From Thermoanaerobaculia bacterium (GTDB lineage: Bacteria > Acidobacteriota > Thermoanaerobaculia > Multivoradales > JAGPDF01): a stretch of 64,000 bases of DNA. The stretch's first letter is position 1. Every line of letters begins with the position of its first letter. The stretch lies in the NCBI GenBank assembly GCA_963821905.1, contig CAWGFP010000009.1:647412-711411 (forward strand). Reading direction: 5' to 3'. A program made the position numbers and the translations under genes. Of the stretch, positions 1 through 8,884 are shown one piece after another. The notes below the pieces were generated by a model. That model was not told where the DNA came from, ran no database searches, and saw only the letters and a program-made list of their open reading frames with translations.

Positions 1-29
1 TTTTCTTGCGTGCGAGGAAGCCGGTGGGT

Positions 30-478
30 ATGAACCCCGTCCTGCGGGAGGTGACGCTGACTCTCCCGATGGCCCCAGACATGGAGGTCGCGGCGTCCAA
101 GACCGCGACCGCCCTGGCGGAGTTCATGCGCATGAGCCCGGATAAAATCGACGAAGTGCGGCTGGCGGTGGTCGAGGCGTGCATCAACGCCTTCGAGCAC
201 AGCCATGCCCGCGACCACAAGGTCTACATCACCTTCGCGGTGATCGGGGACCGCGAGCCTGAGAAGCTCGAGATCCGCGTCGCACGACCAGGGCGTCGGG
301 TTCTCGGCCCGGGGACGTCGAGGAGCCGCGCATCGCGGAGAAGCTCAAGGCGGCGCGCAAGCGCGGCTGGGGCCTGAAGATCATCGAGGGCTTGATGGAC
401 GAGGTCGAGATCGATTCCGGAGCGGACGGCACCACGGTCGTGATGCGCAAGCTCACGATGAGGAGCAGGGAGCGATGA
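30..478 (+). CDS. RsbW/SpoIIAB-type anti-sigma-factor serine kinase (HATPase_c); two frame breaks as assembled
   Basis: ORF 6..377 reads MNPVLREVTLTLPMAPDMEVAASKTATALAEFMRMSPDKIDEVRLAVVEACINAFEHS..KVYITFAV..LEIRV. The expected continuation HDQGVGF and then DVEEPRIAEKLKAARKRGWGLKIIEGLMDEVEIDSGADGTTVVMRKLT lie in the other two frames, with breaks near 281 and 312. The stop overlaps the next start (ATGA at 475-478). Confidence 0.7.
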
Positions 479-836
479 CCGAGACGCTCAAGCTCAACGT
501 GGACCGCCGGGACGGCCTGGCGGTGATCTACACCGAGGGTTACATCAACAACCAGGGCGGCGAGGAGATCGCGCGCGCGGCCTACGAGCTCATCGGCGAG
601 GGCTATCGCAGGTGCTGCTGCTCAACCTGGCGGGCACCAAGATCGTCAACTCGATCGGCATCTCGATCCTGATCGAGATCATCGAGAAGATGCTCGAGAT
701 CGAGGGCAAGCTGGCCTTCTGCGACCTGACGCCGACGATCGAGAAGACCTTCCACATCATGGGCCTGGCGCAGTACGCGGCCATCTACCCGGACGAGGCG
801 GCGGCGGTCGACGGGCTCGCGCGTCTAGACGGGTAA
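475..836 (+). CDS. STAS-domain anti-sigma-factor antagonist (RsbV/SpoIIAA-like); one frame break
   Basis: ORFs 475..672 and 612..836 join into one STAS protein: MTETLKLNVDRRDGLAVIYTEGYINNQGGEEIARAAYELIGEGYR + VLLLNLAGTKIVNSIGISILIEIIEKMLEIEGKLAFCDLTPTIEKTFHIMGLAQYAAIY. There is an apparent 1-nt loss near 608 (cgcag where cgccag would keep frame). Confidence 0.75.
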
Positions 837-2449
837 TGGAACGAGACGGCCCCGCCGCTCGCACCGCCACGCTGGGAGGAGCTGCACAGCCTGGCTGCTG
901 CGCGACGCGACCGAGCGGCCGCTCTTCGACCGCCTGCTTGCGACGACTCGGGCCCGCGCCCATGGCGCGCGACTCGGCGGCCCTCTACCTCGACGCCGAG
1001 CGCGGCTTCGAGCGCGTGGTCGCGGATCGGCCGAGGGCATTCCGCTGCCGGCTCGCTCTACGCCGAGCCGCCGAGGCGACCTGGCGTACGCCCGCTTCGC
1101 CGGCGGCATGGCGGTCGTGCTGGGCGCCGCCGCGCAGCCGGCCGAGCGGCGCCGACGAAGCGCCGTTCCGGCTTGCTGGTCGCGCTCGCCGCCCGCGTGA
1201 GCACGTCTGCAAGCGCCAGCTCAAGCACCAGCGTTTCCAGGTCAACTATCGTGTCGTCGAGCTCGAGGCGCTCTACGAAGTGGGGCTCGCCGTCGCCGCG
1301 ACCCTCGACCTCGACCGGCTCTCGGAAGAGATCCTGCTGCGCGCCGTCTCGCTGCTCGACGCGCGCCGCGGCGCGCTCTATCTGCTTGCGGGCGAAGCGC
1401 TACCGGCTGGTGCGCACATCGGCGGCGACGCCGCGGCAGCTCGCGAGGCCGACTCCCGGCTCGCGGCGCTGCTCGCCGGCGAGAACCCGGGCCCGGTCGA
1501 CCTGCTGCCCGGCGCCCGCTACATCCTGTCGGCGTCCCGATCGCCGTCGACGACCAGCCCGCGCGGCCTGCTGGTGGTGGCCGACAAGGAGAGCCGCCGC
1601 GGGCGTCGGGCCGTTCGCCGCCGGCGACCGGCGCACGCTGGCGCTGTTCGCCAACCAGGCCGCGATCGCGCTCGAGAACGCGCGGCTCCACCAGCAGGCG
1701 CTGGAGAAGGAGCGGCTCGAGCGCGAGATGCACGCTCGCGGCCGAGATCCAGCGCAGATCCTGCCCAAGGGCGCTCCGGAGATGCCCGGCTACCAGATCG
1801 CCGGCTGGAATCGGCCGGCGCGACAGGTGGGCGGCGACTACTACGATTTCCTCGCAACTCGCCGAGCGGCCGCCTCGGCGCTCGTGGTCGGCGACGTCTC
1901 GGGCAAGGGCATCCCGGCGGCGCTGCTGGTGTCGACCCTCCACTCGGCGCTGCGCGCTGCTGCTCGACCGCACGAGGTCGGACCCGGCGCTCCTCGAGCA
2001 AGCTCAACCGCCACATCCTGGAGTCGAGCGATGCCGAACAAGTTCATCACCCTGCTGCTGGCCGAGCTCGAGCCGCAGAGCGGCAAGCTGCGTCTACGTC
2101 AACGCCGGGCACAATCCCGGCCTCCTGCTGCACGCCGACGACTCCGTGGAGACGCTCGAGTCGGGTGGACTGCCGCTCGGCCTGCTCGCCAACGCGACCT
2201 ATCGCGAAGGCTGTCTCGAGATCGAGGCCCGGCGACCTGCTCTGCCTCTACAGCGACGGAATCACCGAACAGTCAGCCGCGAGCGACGAGGAATTCGGCG
2301 TCGACCGGCTGTGGGAGGTGCTGCGTTCCCACCGGGCGCAGCCGCTCGGCGAGATCGTGCAGGCCATCGACGCGGCGGTAATAGGGTACGCGGCGGGCAG
2401 CCCGCAAGGGGACGATCAGACGATCGTGCTCATGCGGCGGGAAGCGTAG
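836..2449 (+). pseudogene. GAF-domain PP2C/SpoIIE-type serine phosphatase (RsbU-like); multiple frame breaks as assembled
   Basis: Recognisable pieces lie in three frames. GAF: VVELEALYEVGLAVAATLDLDRLSEEILLRAVSLLDARRGALYLL. Next: LLVVADKES..GDRRTLALFANQAAIALENARLHQQALEKERLERE. PP2C/SpoIIE: GYQIAGWNRPARQVGGDYYDF..ALVVGDVSGKGIPAALLVSTLHSALR; NKFITLLLAELEPQSGKL; YVNAGHNPGLLLHADDSVETLESGGLPLGLL; GDLLCLYSDGITEQ...GDDQTIVLMRREA. The N-terminal boundary is uncertain. Confidence 0.65.
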
Positions 2450-3761
2450 CCGTCGGGCGCACCGACCGCACCTCGTTCACCACCACCGCCGGCGTCACCA
2501 CGCCGCCCAGCATCAAGTCGTCGCCGCGCAACCGCGCGGCCGCGGATCCGATCGCTTCGAGCGCCGAAAAGACGCGCAGCAGGCTGTCCTCCCAGATCAG
2601 ATCCGGCAACGGGCCACCCAGGGCGCCGTTCTCGACCCGCCGCGCGCCGCGCAGCAAGGCGCGGAACTGCACGCGCTTGGAGTCGTGCACCTCGGGATGT
2701 TCCAGCCAACCGCCGAAGATGCCGCCGGCCGCGGCGGCCCCGAGGTCGGAATCGCCGCTCTCGCCGCAGCGCAAGAAGAGATTCTCGGCCCGCGCGTCGT
2801 CCCCGCCCGCGGCGTGCGCCGTGGGCAGCAGCCCGAGCATGGCCGCGTGGCGTTGGTCGAGCGCCGGGGTACGTGGTGTGCCGGCGGCGACGATCTCGAT
2901 CGGCCGCTTGGCGGTGCCCTCGAGATCGAAGGGAAACGGCAGGCCGGCGTTGTCCGTGGCGTCGTCGACCAAGGTCAGTTTGCGGTCGAAGACCTGCACG
3001 CCGAGATGCTCGCGCAGGAACGACGTGCCGTCACGGTAGGCGTGCGCCGTGAACGCGGTGCGATTGAGCAAGCGCAACAGGGTCGCCACCGCCTCCGGGC
3101 CCAGCCACAACGGCGCCGGCAGGTCGGGCAGTCGGGCGGGCTCCGCATCGACCGCGCGCGCCCGGGCGGTGGCGAAAACCGCTGCCGGGTCGATATCGCC
3201 CAGGCGGCGCGCCGCCGCCGCGGCCCAGCCGGCGCCGCTGCCGCGGCCGTGCCGGACCTCGAGATTCACTCCGCTCGAACGCGCGCTGCGCCGCAAGCCG
3301 CGGGCATTGACCACTGCAACGCTGCCCGAGCACCATTCGAGCCGCGCGGTTTCGCCGCCGCGGGCCAGGGGCTGCAGGAGGCGCCGTGCCCGCTGTCCGT
3401 CGAGGACCTCGATCTCGCCGTCGTGGATCGCCGGAGTGGCGATCGGGGTCGCGTCGCCGGGCAGGTGCGGCATTCCGGGCAGCGGAGCGTGAAACCTTGC
3501 CTGGGCCAGCGCCTGGCGGATCGCCGAGCCGAGCTCGGCCTCGCTTCCCCATACCGTGCGGTGGGTGCCCACCCGCCCGCGCTCTTCGACGCGTACCAGG
3601 ACGGTGCGATTGAAGCGCACGGCTTCCTCGCTCTTGGCGGCCCGGAGTGCTGCGCGGCCGCGGCGCCGCTCGAGGAAGACCAGCTCGGTTTCGTCGGCGG
3701 GGGAAGCGCCGAGGACGGCCTCGAGGCGCGCCAGCACCTCCTCGATCGCGAATGGCTGCAT
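2430..3761 (-). CDS. TldD/PmbA-family metalloprotease (modulator of DNA gyrase family)
   Basis: Intact ORF 2430..3881. The plausible start is MQPFAIEEVLARLEAVL at 3761 (cat at 3759-3761). The C-terminal half is family-like: GGIFGGWLEHPEVHDSKRVQFRALLRGARRVENGALGGPLPDLIWEDSLLRVFSALEAIGS...LGGVVTPAVVVNEV. It overlaps the 3' end of the convergent phosphatase gene by 20 nt. Confidence 0.75.
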   Translation of the reverse strand: MQPFAIEEVLARLEAVLGASPADETELVFLERRRGRAALRAAKSEEAVRFNRTVLVRVEERGRVGTHRTVWGSEAELGSAIRQALAQARFHAPLPGMPHLPGDATPIATPAIHDGEIEVLDGQRARRLLQPLARGGETARLEWCSGSVAVVNARGLRRSARSSGVNLEVRHGRGSGAGWAAAAARRLGDIDPAAVFATARARAVDAEPARLPDLPAPLWLGPEAVATLLRLLNRTAFTAHAYRDGTSFLREHLGVQVFDRKLTLVDDATDNAGLPFPFDLEGTAKRPIEIVAAGTPRTPALDQRHAAMLGLLPTAHAAGGDDARAENLFLRCGESGDSDLGAAAAGGIFGGWLEHPEVHDSKRVQFRALLRGARRVENGALGGPLPDLIWEDSLLRVFSALEAIGSAAARLRGDDLMLGGVVTPAVVVNEVRSVRPTATLPAA

Positions 3762-3883
3762 GTCGCGGGGCAGTATAGCCTTCGCACCGGCCTGTACCGG
3801 GCGGCTTGTACAGCCGGGCGCCGCGCTGGCACAATCGTTGCGCCTTTCGACCGCGCGAGGTGATATTGAAGCGAAACTCATTG

Positions 3884-5571
3884 ATGGCGTTGATGGTGAT
3901 GTCCGCTCTCCTGCCCCGCGCGTCCGGCGCCGAGGACAGGGGCGACCTCGTGCTGCGCAACGGCGTGTTCCACACGGTATCGGCTGCGGGCCGCGTTCAG
4001 GGCACCCTCGTCGCCCGTAACGGCCGGATTGCCTACCTCGGAGCGGATGCCGGGGCGGCCTCGCTGATCACCAAGCGAGCCCGGGTCATCGACCTCCGCG
4101 GCCGCACCGTGACCCCGGGGCTGATCGACGCGCATTCTCACCTCGCGGGTCTCGGCACCAAGCTGGTTTCGGCAGACCTTCGCGGCGTGGCTTCCCCGGC
4201 CGAGATGATCGAGCGCGCCCGGGAGGCGACGCGGGACCTGCCGCGTGACGCGTGGCTCCAGGGTCGCGGGTGGGACCAGAATCGCTGGACGGACAAGACA
4301 TTTCCCGACAACGCCGAGCTCAATCGAGCGTTCAGCGACCGGCCGGTCTGGCTGGTGAGAATCGACGGGCACGCCGGGTTCGCCAACGCCAGCGCGTTGG
4401 CGCTGGCCGGTGTGACCGCAGACCCCCGATCCGGCGGGCGGCCGGATCGTGCGCCGTCCGGACGGCCAGCCGACGGGCGTGCTGATCGACAACGCGATGG
4501 CCTTGGTGGAACAGAAGATCCCGCTGCCCGCGGCCCGCGAGCTGCGCCGCCAGATCAAGCTCGCCGCCGACCTCTGCCTGACCGTCGGCCTGACCACGGT
4601 CACCGACATGGGGATCGGCCGCGTGGTGGGTTCAGGAGCGGCGGAGCTCGAGGCGTACACCCAGGCGCGCGCCACCGGCGAACTGCCTTTGCGGGTCGCG
4701 GTCTTCCTCAACGGCGACGACCGGGCGCTGATCGAGCGCTGGTTTTCGCGTGGGCCGCTGATCGACCCCGAGGGCCTGCTCTACGTGCGCGGCGTCAAGC
4801 TCTACGCCGACGGCGCCCTGGGCAGCCGCGGCGCCGCCCTGCTCGAGCCCTACAGCGACGATCCGGCCAACGTCGGCCTCTGCTGGCGCGCCGAGCGACC
4901 ATCTCGCAAGGTGTCCTCGCGGCGCGCTCGACAGCGGCTTCCAGGTCGGCATCCACGCCATCGGCGACCGCGGCAACCTGGTGGCGCTCGACGCCATCGA
5001 GCGCGCCTTCGCCGGCCAGCCCCGGCCCGAGGCGCGCTTCCGGCTCGAGCACGCCCAGGTGATGCGCATGCAGGACATCGAGCGCATGGCGCGGCTCGGG
5101 CGTATCGCCTCGATGCAGCCGACCCACGCCACCTCCGACATGCCGTGGGCCGAAGCGCGCGTCGGGGCGCGCGCGGCTCGACGGCGCCTACGCCTGGCGC
5201 AAGGTGCTCGACGCCGGCGGCGCGCCTGGCGCTGGGCAGCGACTTCCCGGTCGAATCGGCGCGATCCGCGGCTCGGCCTCTACGCCGCGGTGACCCGGCA
5301 GGACCTGCACGGGCGAGCCCGACGGGCGGCTGGCTGCCGGGCGAGCGGCTGACCCGCGAGGAGGCGCTGCGCGGCTTCACCCTCGACGCCGCCTAGGTCG
5401 CTCTTTCTCGAGCGCGAGGTGGGTTCGCTCGAGGTCGGCAAGCGCGCCGATCTGGTGGTGTTCGCGCGCGACATCATGACCGTCGCCGAGCGGGAGATCC
5501 CGCGGCGCCGAGATCGACTCACCGTGGTCGACGGGCAAGGTCGTCATACGAGCGGGAGCAAGCGCCGATGA
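3884..5571 (+). pseudogene. Amidohydrolase-3 (YtcJ-like) metal-dependent hydrolase, exported; multiple frame breaks as assembled
   Basis: Signal-like N-terminus MALMVMSALLPRASGAED, then LVLRNGVFHTV..GRIAYLG..VIDLRGRTVTPGLIDAHSHL (HxH metal site). Later pieces lie in shifting frames (ORFs 3806..5062, 4449..5396, 4981..5352): VLIDNAMALVEQKIP...YVRGVKLYADGALGSRGAALLEPYSDDP, GFQVGIHAIGDRGN, FRLEHAQVM..IASMQPTHATSDMPWAE, VGSLEVGKRADLVVF. The 3' end is approximate. Confidence 0.65.
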
Positions 5572-6333
5572 AACGCATCCGCACCGGCGCTGACTCGCGC
5601 TGCTGCTAGCTCTCGCTGCGATCGATCGCCGTAGCGGCGCAGCAGGATCCCTTCGCCGCCGGCGCGCGCCAGCATGGTGGACGAGCAGATCGCGGCGGCG
5701 CGGGCGTCGAACGACACGAGCGTGCTCGACGCCATGCGCACGGTGCCGCGGCACCTGTTCGTGCCCGATGACGTCGCGCGCCGAGGCCTACGACGACCGG
5801 CCGCTGCCGATCGGCGAGGGGCAGACGATCTCGCAGCCCTACATCGTGGCGCTCATGACCTCGCTGCTCGAGCCTCGACGGCGAGCGAGAAGGTGCTCGA
5901 GATCGGCACCGGCTCCGGCTACCAGGCGGCGGTGCTGTCGCAGCTGGCGCGCGAGGTCTACACCATCGAGATCGTCGCGCCGCTCGGCGAGCAGGCGCAG
6001 CGCACGCTCGACGGGCTGGGCTACAAGAACGTCGCACGTGCGGATCGGCGACGGCTACAAGGGCTGGCCGGAGGCGGCGCCGTTCGACGCCATCATCGTC
6101 ACCGCCGCGCCGGAGAAGATCCCCGCAGCCGCTCATCGAGCAGCTCAAGGTCGGCGGCCGGATGGTGATCCCGGTGGGCAGCTTCCTTCAGGACTGACGT
6201 TGCTCACCAAGACGCCGACCGGCTTCACCAAGAAGAACGCTCGATGCCGGTGCGCTTCGTGCCGATGACCGGCGAAGTGCAGAACGGTCAGAAGCCGCCG
6301 TCGCAGAATCCCAACGAGCCGCTGCCCAACTAA
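5568..6333 (+). pseudogene. pcm: Protein-L-isoaspartate O-methyltransferase; multiple frame breaks as assembled
   Basis: Pieces in alternating frames (ORFs 5674..6168, 5768..6268): [25 protein letters not shown]; [29 protein letters not shown]; [29 protein letters not shown] (SAM-binding GxGxG); [24 protein letters not shown]; [16 protein letters not shown]; VRFVPMTGE...EPLPN stop at 6331-6333. The start at ATG 5568 is tentative. Confidence 0.7.
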
Positions 6334-6347
6334 CTAGACGAACCGGT

Positions 6348-6435
6348 TGTCATCCTGAGCGTAGCGAAGGATCTGGGCGGGGGGATGAGCGAGTAAGACC
6401 CCGCCCCCAGATCCTTCGCTTCGCTCAGGATGACA
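6348..6435. repeat. Long imperfect inverted repeat (REP-like hairpin) between convergent pcm and rmuC; possible bidirectional terminator or RNA-stability element
   Basis: Left arm 6348-6384 is tgtcatcctgagcgtagcgaaggatctgggcgggggg. The reverse complement of right arm 6399-6435 is tgtcatcctgagcgaagcgaaggatctgggggcgggg. About 34 of 37 positions pair, with a 14-nt loop (atgagcgagtaaga). No flanking U-tract on either strand. Confidence 0.8.
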
Positions 6436-6450
6436 GCCGACAGAGCTCGG

Positions 6451-7836
6451 CTACAAGTCCTCGCCGTTGTCCCCGCCCCCGAACAAATCCGCCTGACCTA
6501 CTTCCCGCGGCGCTGTCTCGAGCGGCTCGAGTTCCTCGATCTGCCGCCGGGACTGCGCCGAGACCTTGAGCTGATCGAGCCGTTGCGACATCGGCAACAG
6601 CCGCCGGTTGTAGGAGCCGATGGCGTCGTTGTAGGCGTCGAGCGCGGTTTGCAGTCCCTTGCCGACGCGTCCTAGGTCTTCGCTGAATTTGGCTGCGCGC
6701 TCGTACAACTGGCGCGCCACGTCGCCGATCAGGGCCGCGTTCTCGACCAGCGCGCTCTGCTGCCAATAGATCGCCACCGTGCGCAGGAGCGCCACCAGTG
6801 TCGAAGGCGTGGCGATCAACACCTTGTCGCGCAACGCGTGAAGCTGCAGATCAGGATCGTTGGCAAAGGCGGCCGAGAGCAGCGGGTCGCCGGGCAGGAA
6901 GAGCACCACGAGATCGACCTCGGCGCCGAGCTGGCCGGCGTAGTCTCGCCCGCTGAGCGTCTTGACGTGGCTGCGCAGGTCGCGGGCGTGGCGCTCGAGG
7001 GCGGCGCCGCGCAGCGCTTCATTGGTGGTCTCCGCCGCCTCGAGATAAGCGGCGAGCGGTGCCTTGGCGTCGACCGCGATGCGCCGCCCTCCCGGCAGAT
7101 GGACCACCATGTCCGGTCGGCCGCCCGCATCCTGAGTGACCTGGAGGTCGAAATCGCAATGCTCGCTCATGCCGGCGGCTTCGGCGACGTTGCGCAGCGC
7201 GATTTCGCCCCAGCGGCCGCGAACCTGCGAGCCGCGCAGGGCGGTCGACAGCGTGCTGGTGCGGTCGTTGAGCGCCGCGGTCGCCGTGGCGAGCGACTGC
7301 ACCTGTTCGGCGATCCGCGAGTAGGCGTCGACTCGTGAGCGCTCCATCTCGGCGGTCTTGCCATCCAGGCGGTCGAGGGTGTCGCGCAGCGGCGCCACCA
7401 GTGCGGCGATCGCGGCGCGGCGCTCGTCGAGGTCGCTCGCCGCCTCTGCGCGGCTGGTCGAGAGGCGCTCGCGAGCGAGGGCCAGGAACTGCTCGGTGTT
7501 GTCGTGCAGCACGCTCGCCGCCAGCTTGGCGAAGGCGTCCTCGATCTCCTTGCGGGAATGTTCGATGAAGGCGCGCTGCTCGGCCAGCGTGCTCTGGGCC
7601 TGCTCGAGCCGCTCGCGCGCCGCCGCCAGCTCGCGTCCGGCCTCCTCGGCACGCCGCCGCTCGCCGCCGAGCTCGCGCTCGACCGCCTGCCGGCGCTCGC
7701 GCTCGGCGGACGCCATCGCCTCGGCGGCGGCCAGGCGCGCCCCCTGACGCAGGCGGCGGAGGAGCGCCACCAGCCAGGCGACCAGAATTCCGGCGGCGAA
7801 GGCGGCGAGCGCGACGGCGACGAGAGTCGAGTTCAT
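6451..7836 (-). CDS. rmuC: DNA recombination protein RmuC
   Basis: Intact. The start MNSTLVAVALAAFAAGILVAWLV (TM anchor) is at 7836 within ORF 6451..8013. A long Ala/Glu/Arg coiled coil is followed by the RmuC core GRWGEIALRNVAEAAGMSEHCDFDLQV..PDMVVHLPGGRRIAVDAKAPL..DLVVLFLPGD..LIATPSTLVALLRTV. Confidence 0.9.
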   Translation of the reverse strand: MNSTLVAVALAAFAAGILVAWLVALLRRLRQGARLAAAEAMASAERERRQAVERELGGERRRAEEAGRELAAARERLEQAQSTLAEQRAFIEHSRKEIEDAFAKLAASVLHDNTEQFLALARERLSTSRAEAASDLDERRAAIAALVAPLRDTLDRLDGKTAEMERSRVDAYSRIAEQVQSLATATAALNDRTSTLSTALRGSQVRGRWGEIALRNVAEAAGMSEHCDFDLQVTQDAGGRPDMVVHLPGGRRIAVDAKAPLAAYLEAAETTNEALRGAALERHARDLRSHVKTLSGRDYAGQLGAEVDLVVLFLPGDPLLSAAFANDPDLQLHALRDKVLIATPSTLVALLRTVAIYWQQSALVENAALIGDVARQLYERAAKFSEDLGRVGKGLQTALDAYNDAIGSYNRRLLPMSQRLDQLKVSAQSRRQIEELEPLETAPREVGQADLFGGGDNGEDL

Positions 7837-7852
7837 GCGGACTCGAGTCTCC

Positions 7853-8884
7853 TTACGCCGCCGACGGCGGCGGGCGGCGCGACATGCCGAGCTTGACGAT
7901 CGTCGCGAGCAGCTGCGGATAGTGAATGCCGACCGACTCGGCCGCCGAGGCGAATTCCTCGCTCTGGGCGATCTCCGGGTTGGGGTTGGCCTCGAGGAAG
8001 TAGACCTCGCCATTGGCGCTCAGCCGGTAATCGAGCCGGCCGTAGCCCTCGAGGCCGAGCAACCGGTAGACGCGGCGGCTGGTGCGGAGGAGCTGCTGCT
8101 CGACGGCCGGCGGAAGTTCTTCCGCGGCGTGCTGCACGATTCCCCAGCGTCGCTGCGTGTCCGGGTTGTGCTTGACGTTGGCAGTCGCGATCGCGGCGGC
8201 ACCCGCCGGCAGGTTCTCGAAGCCCAGCTCCCACACCGGCAGGGTCTTCAACCGGTTGTTGCCGAGCAGGCAGACGTAGAGCTCGCGGCCTTCGATGAAC
8301 TGCTCGACCAGAGCGTCGGTGCCGATCGAATCATGGATGAACTGCACCCGTTCGACGAGCTTCTCGTCGCTGTCGACGATCGAAGCCTGCGCGATGCCGA
8401 CCGAGGCCTCCTGGCTGAGGCTCTTGACGATGAGCGGAAAGGACAACCGGGCCGGCCGCTTGACCTTGCGCCCGCGGGCGAAGACGGCGAAGGCCGGGAT
8501 GCGGATGCGATGGTAGGCGATCACCTTCTTGGCCAGACCTTTGTCCCGCGACAGCACCAGGCCGCGCGGACCGCAGCCCGTGTAGGAGGCCTGCAGCAGC
8601 TCGAGGAAGCTCACCACGTGGTGGTCGAACTCGACCATGCCGTGGAACTCCTCGAGCAGGTTGAAGAAGATGTGCGGCTGCCACTGCTGATGGAGGTCGC
8701 GGATCGGCCCGAGCTCGTCCTGCACTCCGAGCGGCTCGACCTCGTGGCCGAGGCCGCGCAGAGTCGAGACCACGTCGTACTCCGTCTTCCAGTCGTTGAT
8801 CTCTTTCTCGGAGTGGCCGTCGAGTGTCGGCGGCGGCACCAGGGTCGGATGCATGAGCACCGCGATACGCAGTTTCTTGGTCAC
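7853..8884 (-). CDS. ATP-grasp ligase of the D-alanine--D-alanine ligase family (substrate unknown)
   Basis: Intact 343 aa. MTKKLRIAVLMH..., FPLIVKSLSQEASVGI, LVEQFIEGRELYVCLLGN, GYGRLDYRLSANGEVYFLEANPNPEI (ATP-grasp Mg/ATP region). 16 nt upstream of rmuC, with a 4-nt overlap with the upstream gene. Confidence 0.8.
   Translation of the reverse strand: MTKKLRIAVLMHPTLVPPPTLDGHSEKEINDWKTEYDVVSTLRGLGHEVEPLGVQDELGPIRDLHQQWQPHIFFNLLEEFHGMVEFDHHVVSFLELLQASYTGCGPRGLVLSRDKGLAKKVIAYHRIRIPAFAVFARGRKVKRPARLSFPLIVKSLSQEASVGIAQASIVDSDEKLVERVQFIHDSIGTDALVEQFIEGRELYVCLLGNNRLKTLPVWELGFENLPAGAAAIATANVKHNPDTQRRWGIVQHAAEELPPAVEQQLLRTSRRVYRLLGLEGYGRLDYRLSANGEVYFLEANPNPEIAQSEEFASAAESVGIHYPQLLATIVKLGMSRRPPPSAA

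Noticed and set aside
836-1200. Possible separate small gene upstream of the GAF-PP2C phosphatase
   Set aside because: Fragments such as ARDSAALYLDAERGFERVVAD and LAYARFAGGMAVVLGAA look like an additional N-terminal GAF-type region of the same protein. The frames are too broken to define a separate gene.
5568-5680. Signal-peptide-like N-terminus on Pcm, which would imply an exported repair methyltransferase
   Set aside because: This stretch needs at least two frame corrections, and the start codon is a guess. The apparent hydrophobic leader may be an artefact of reading the wrong frame.
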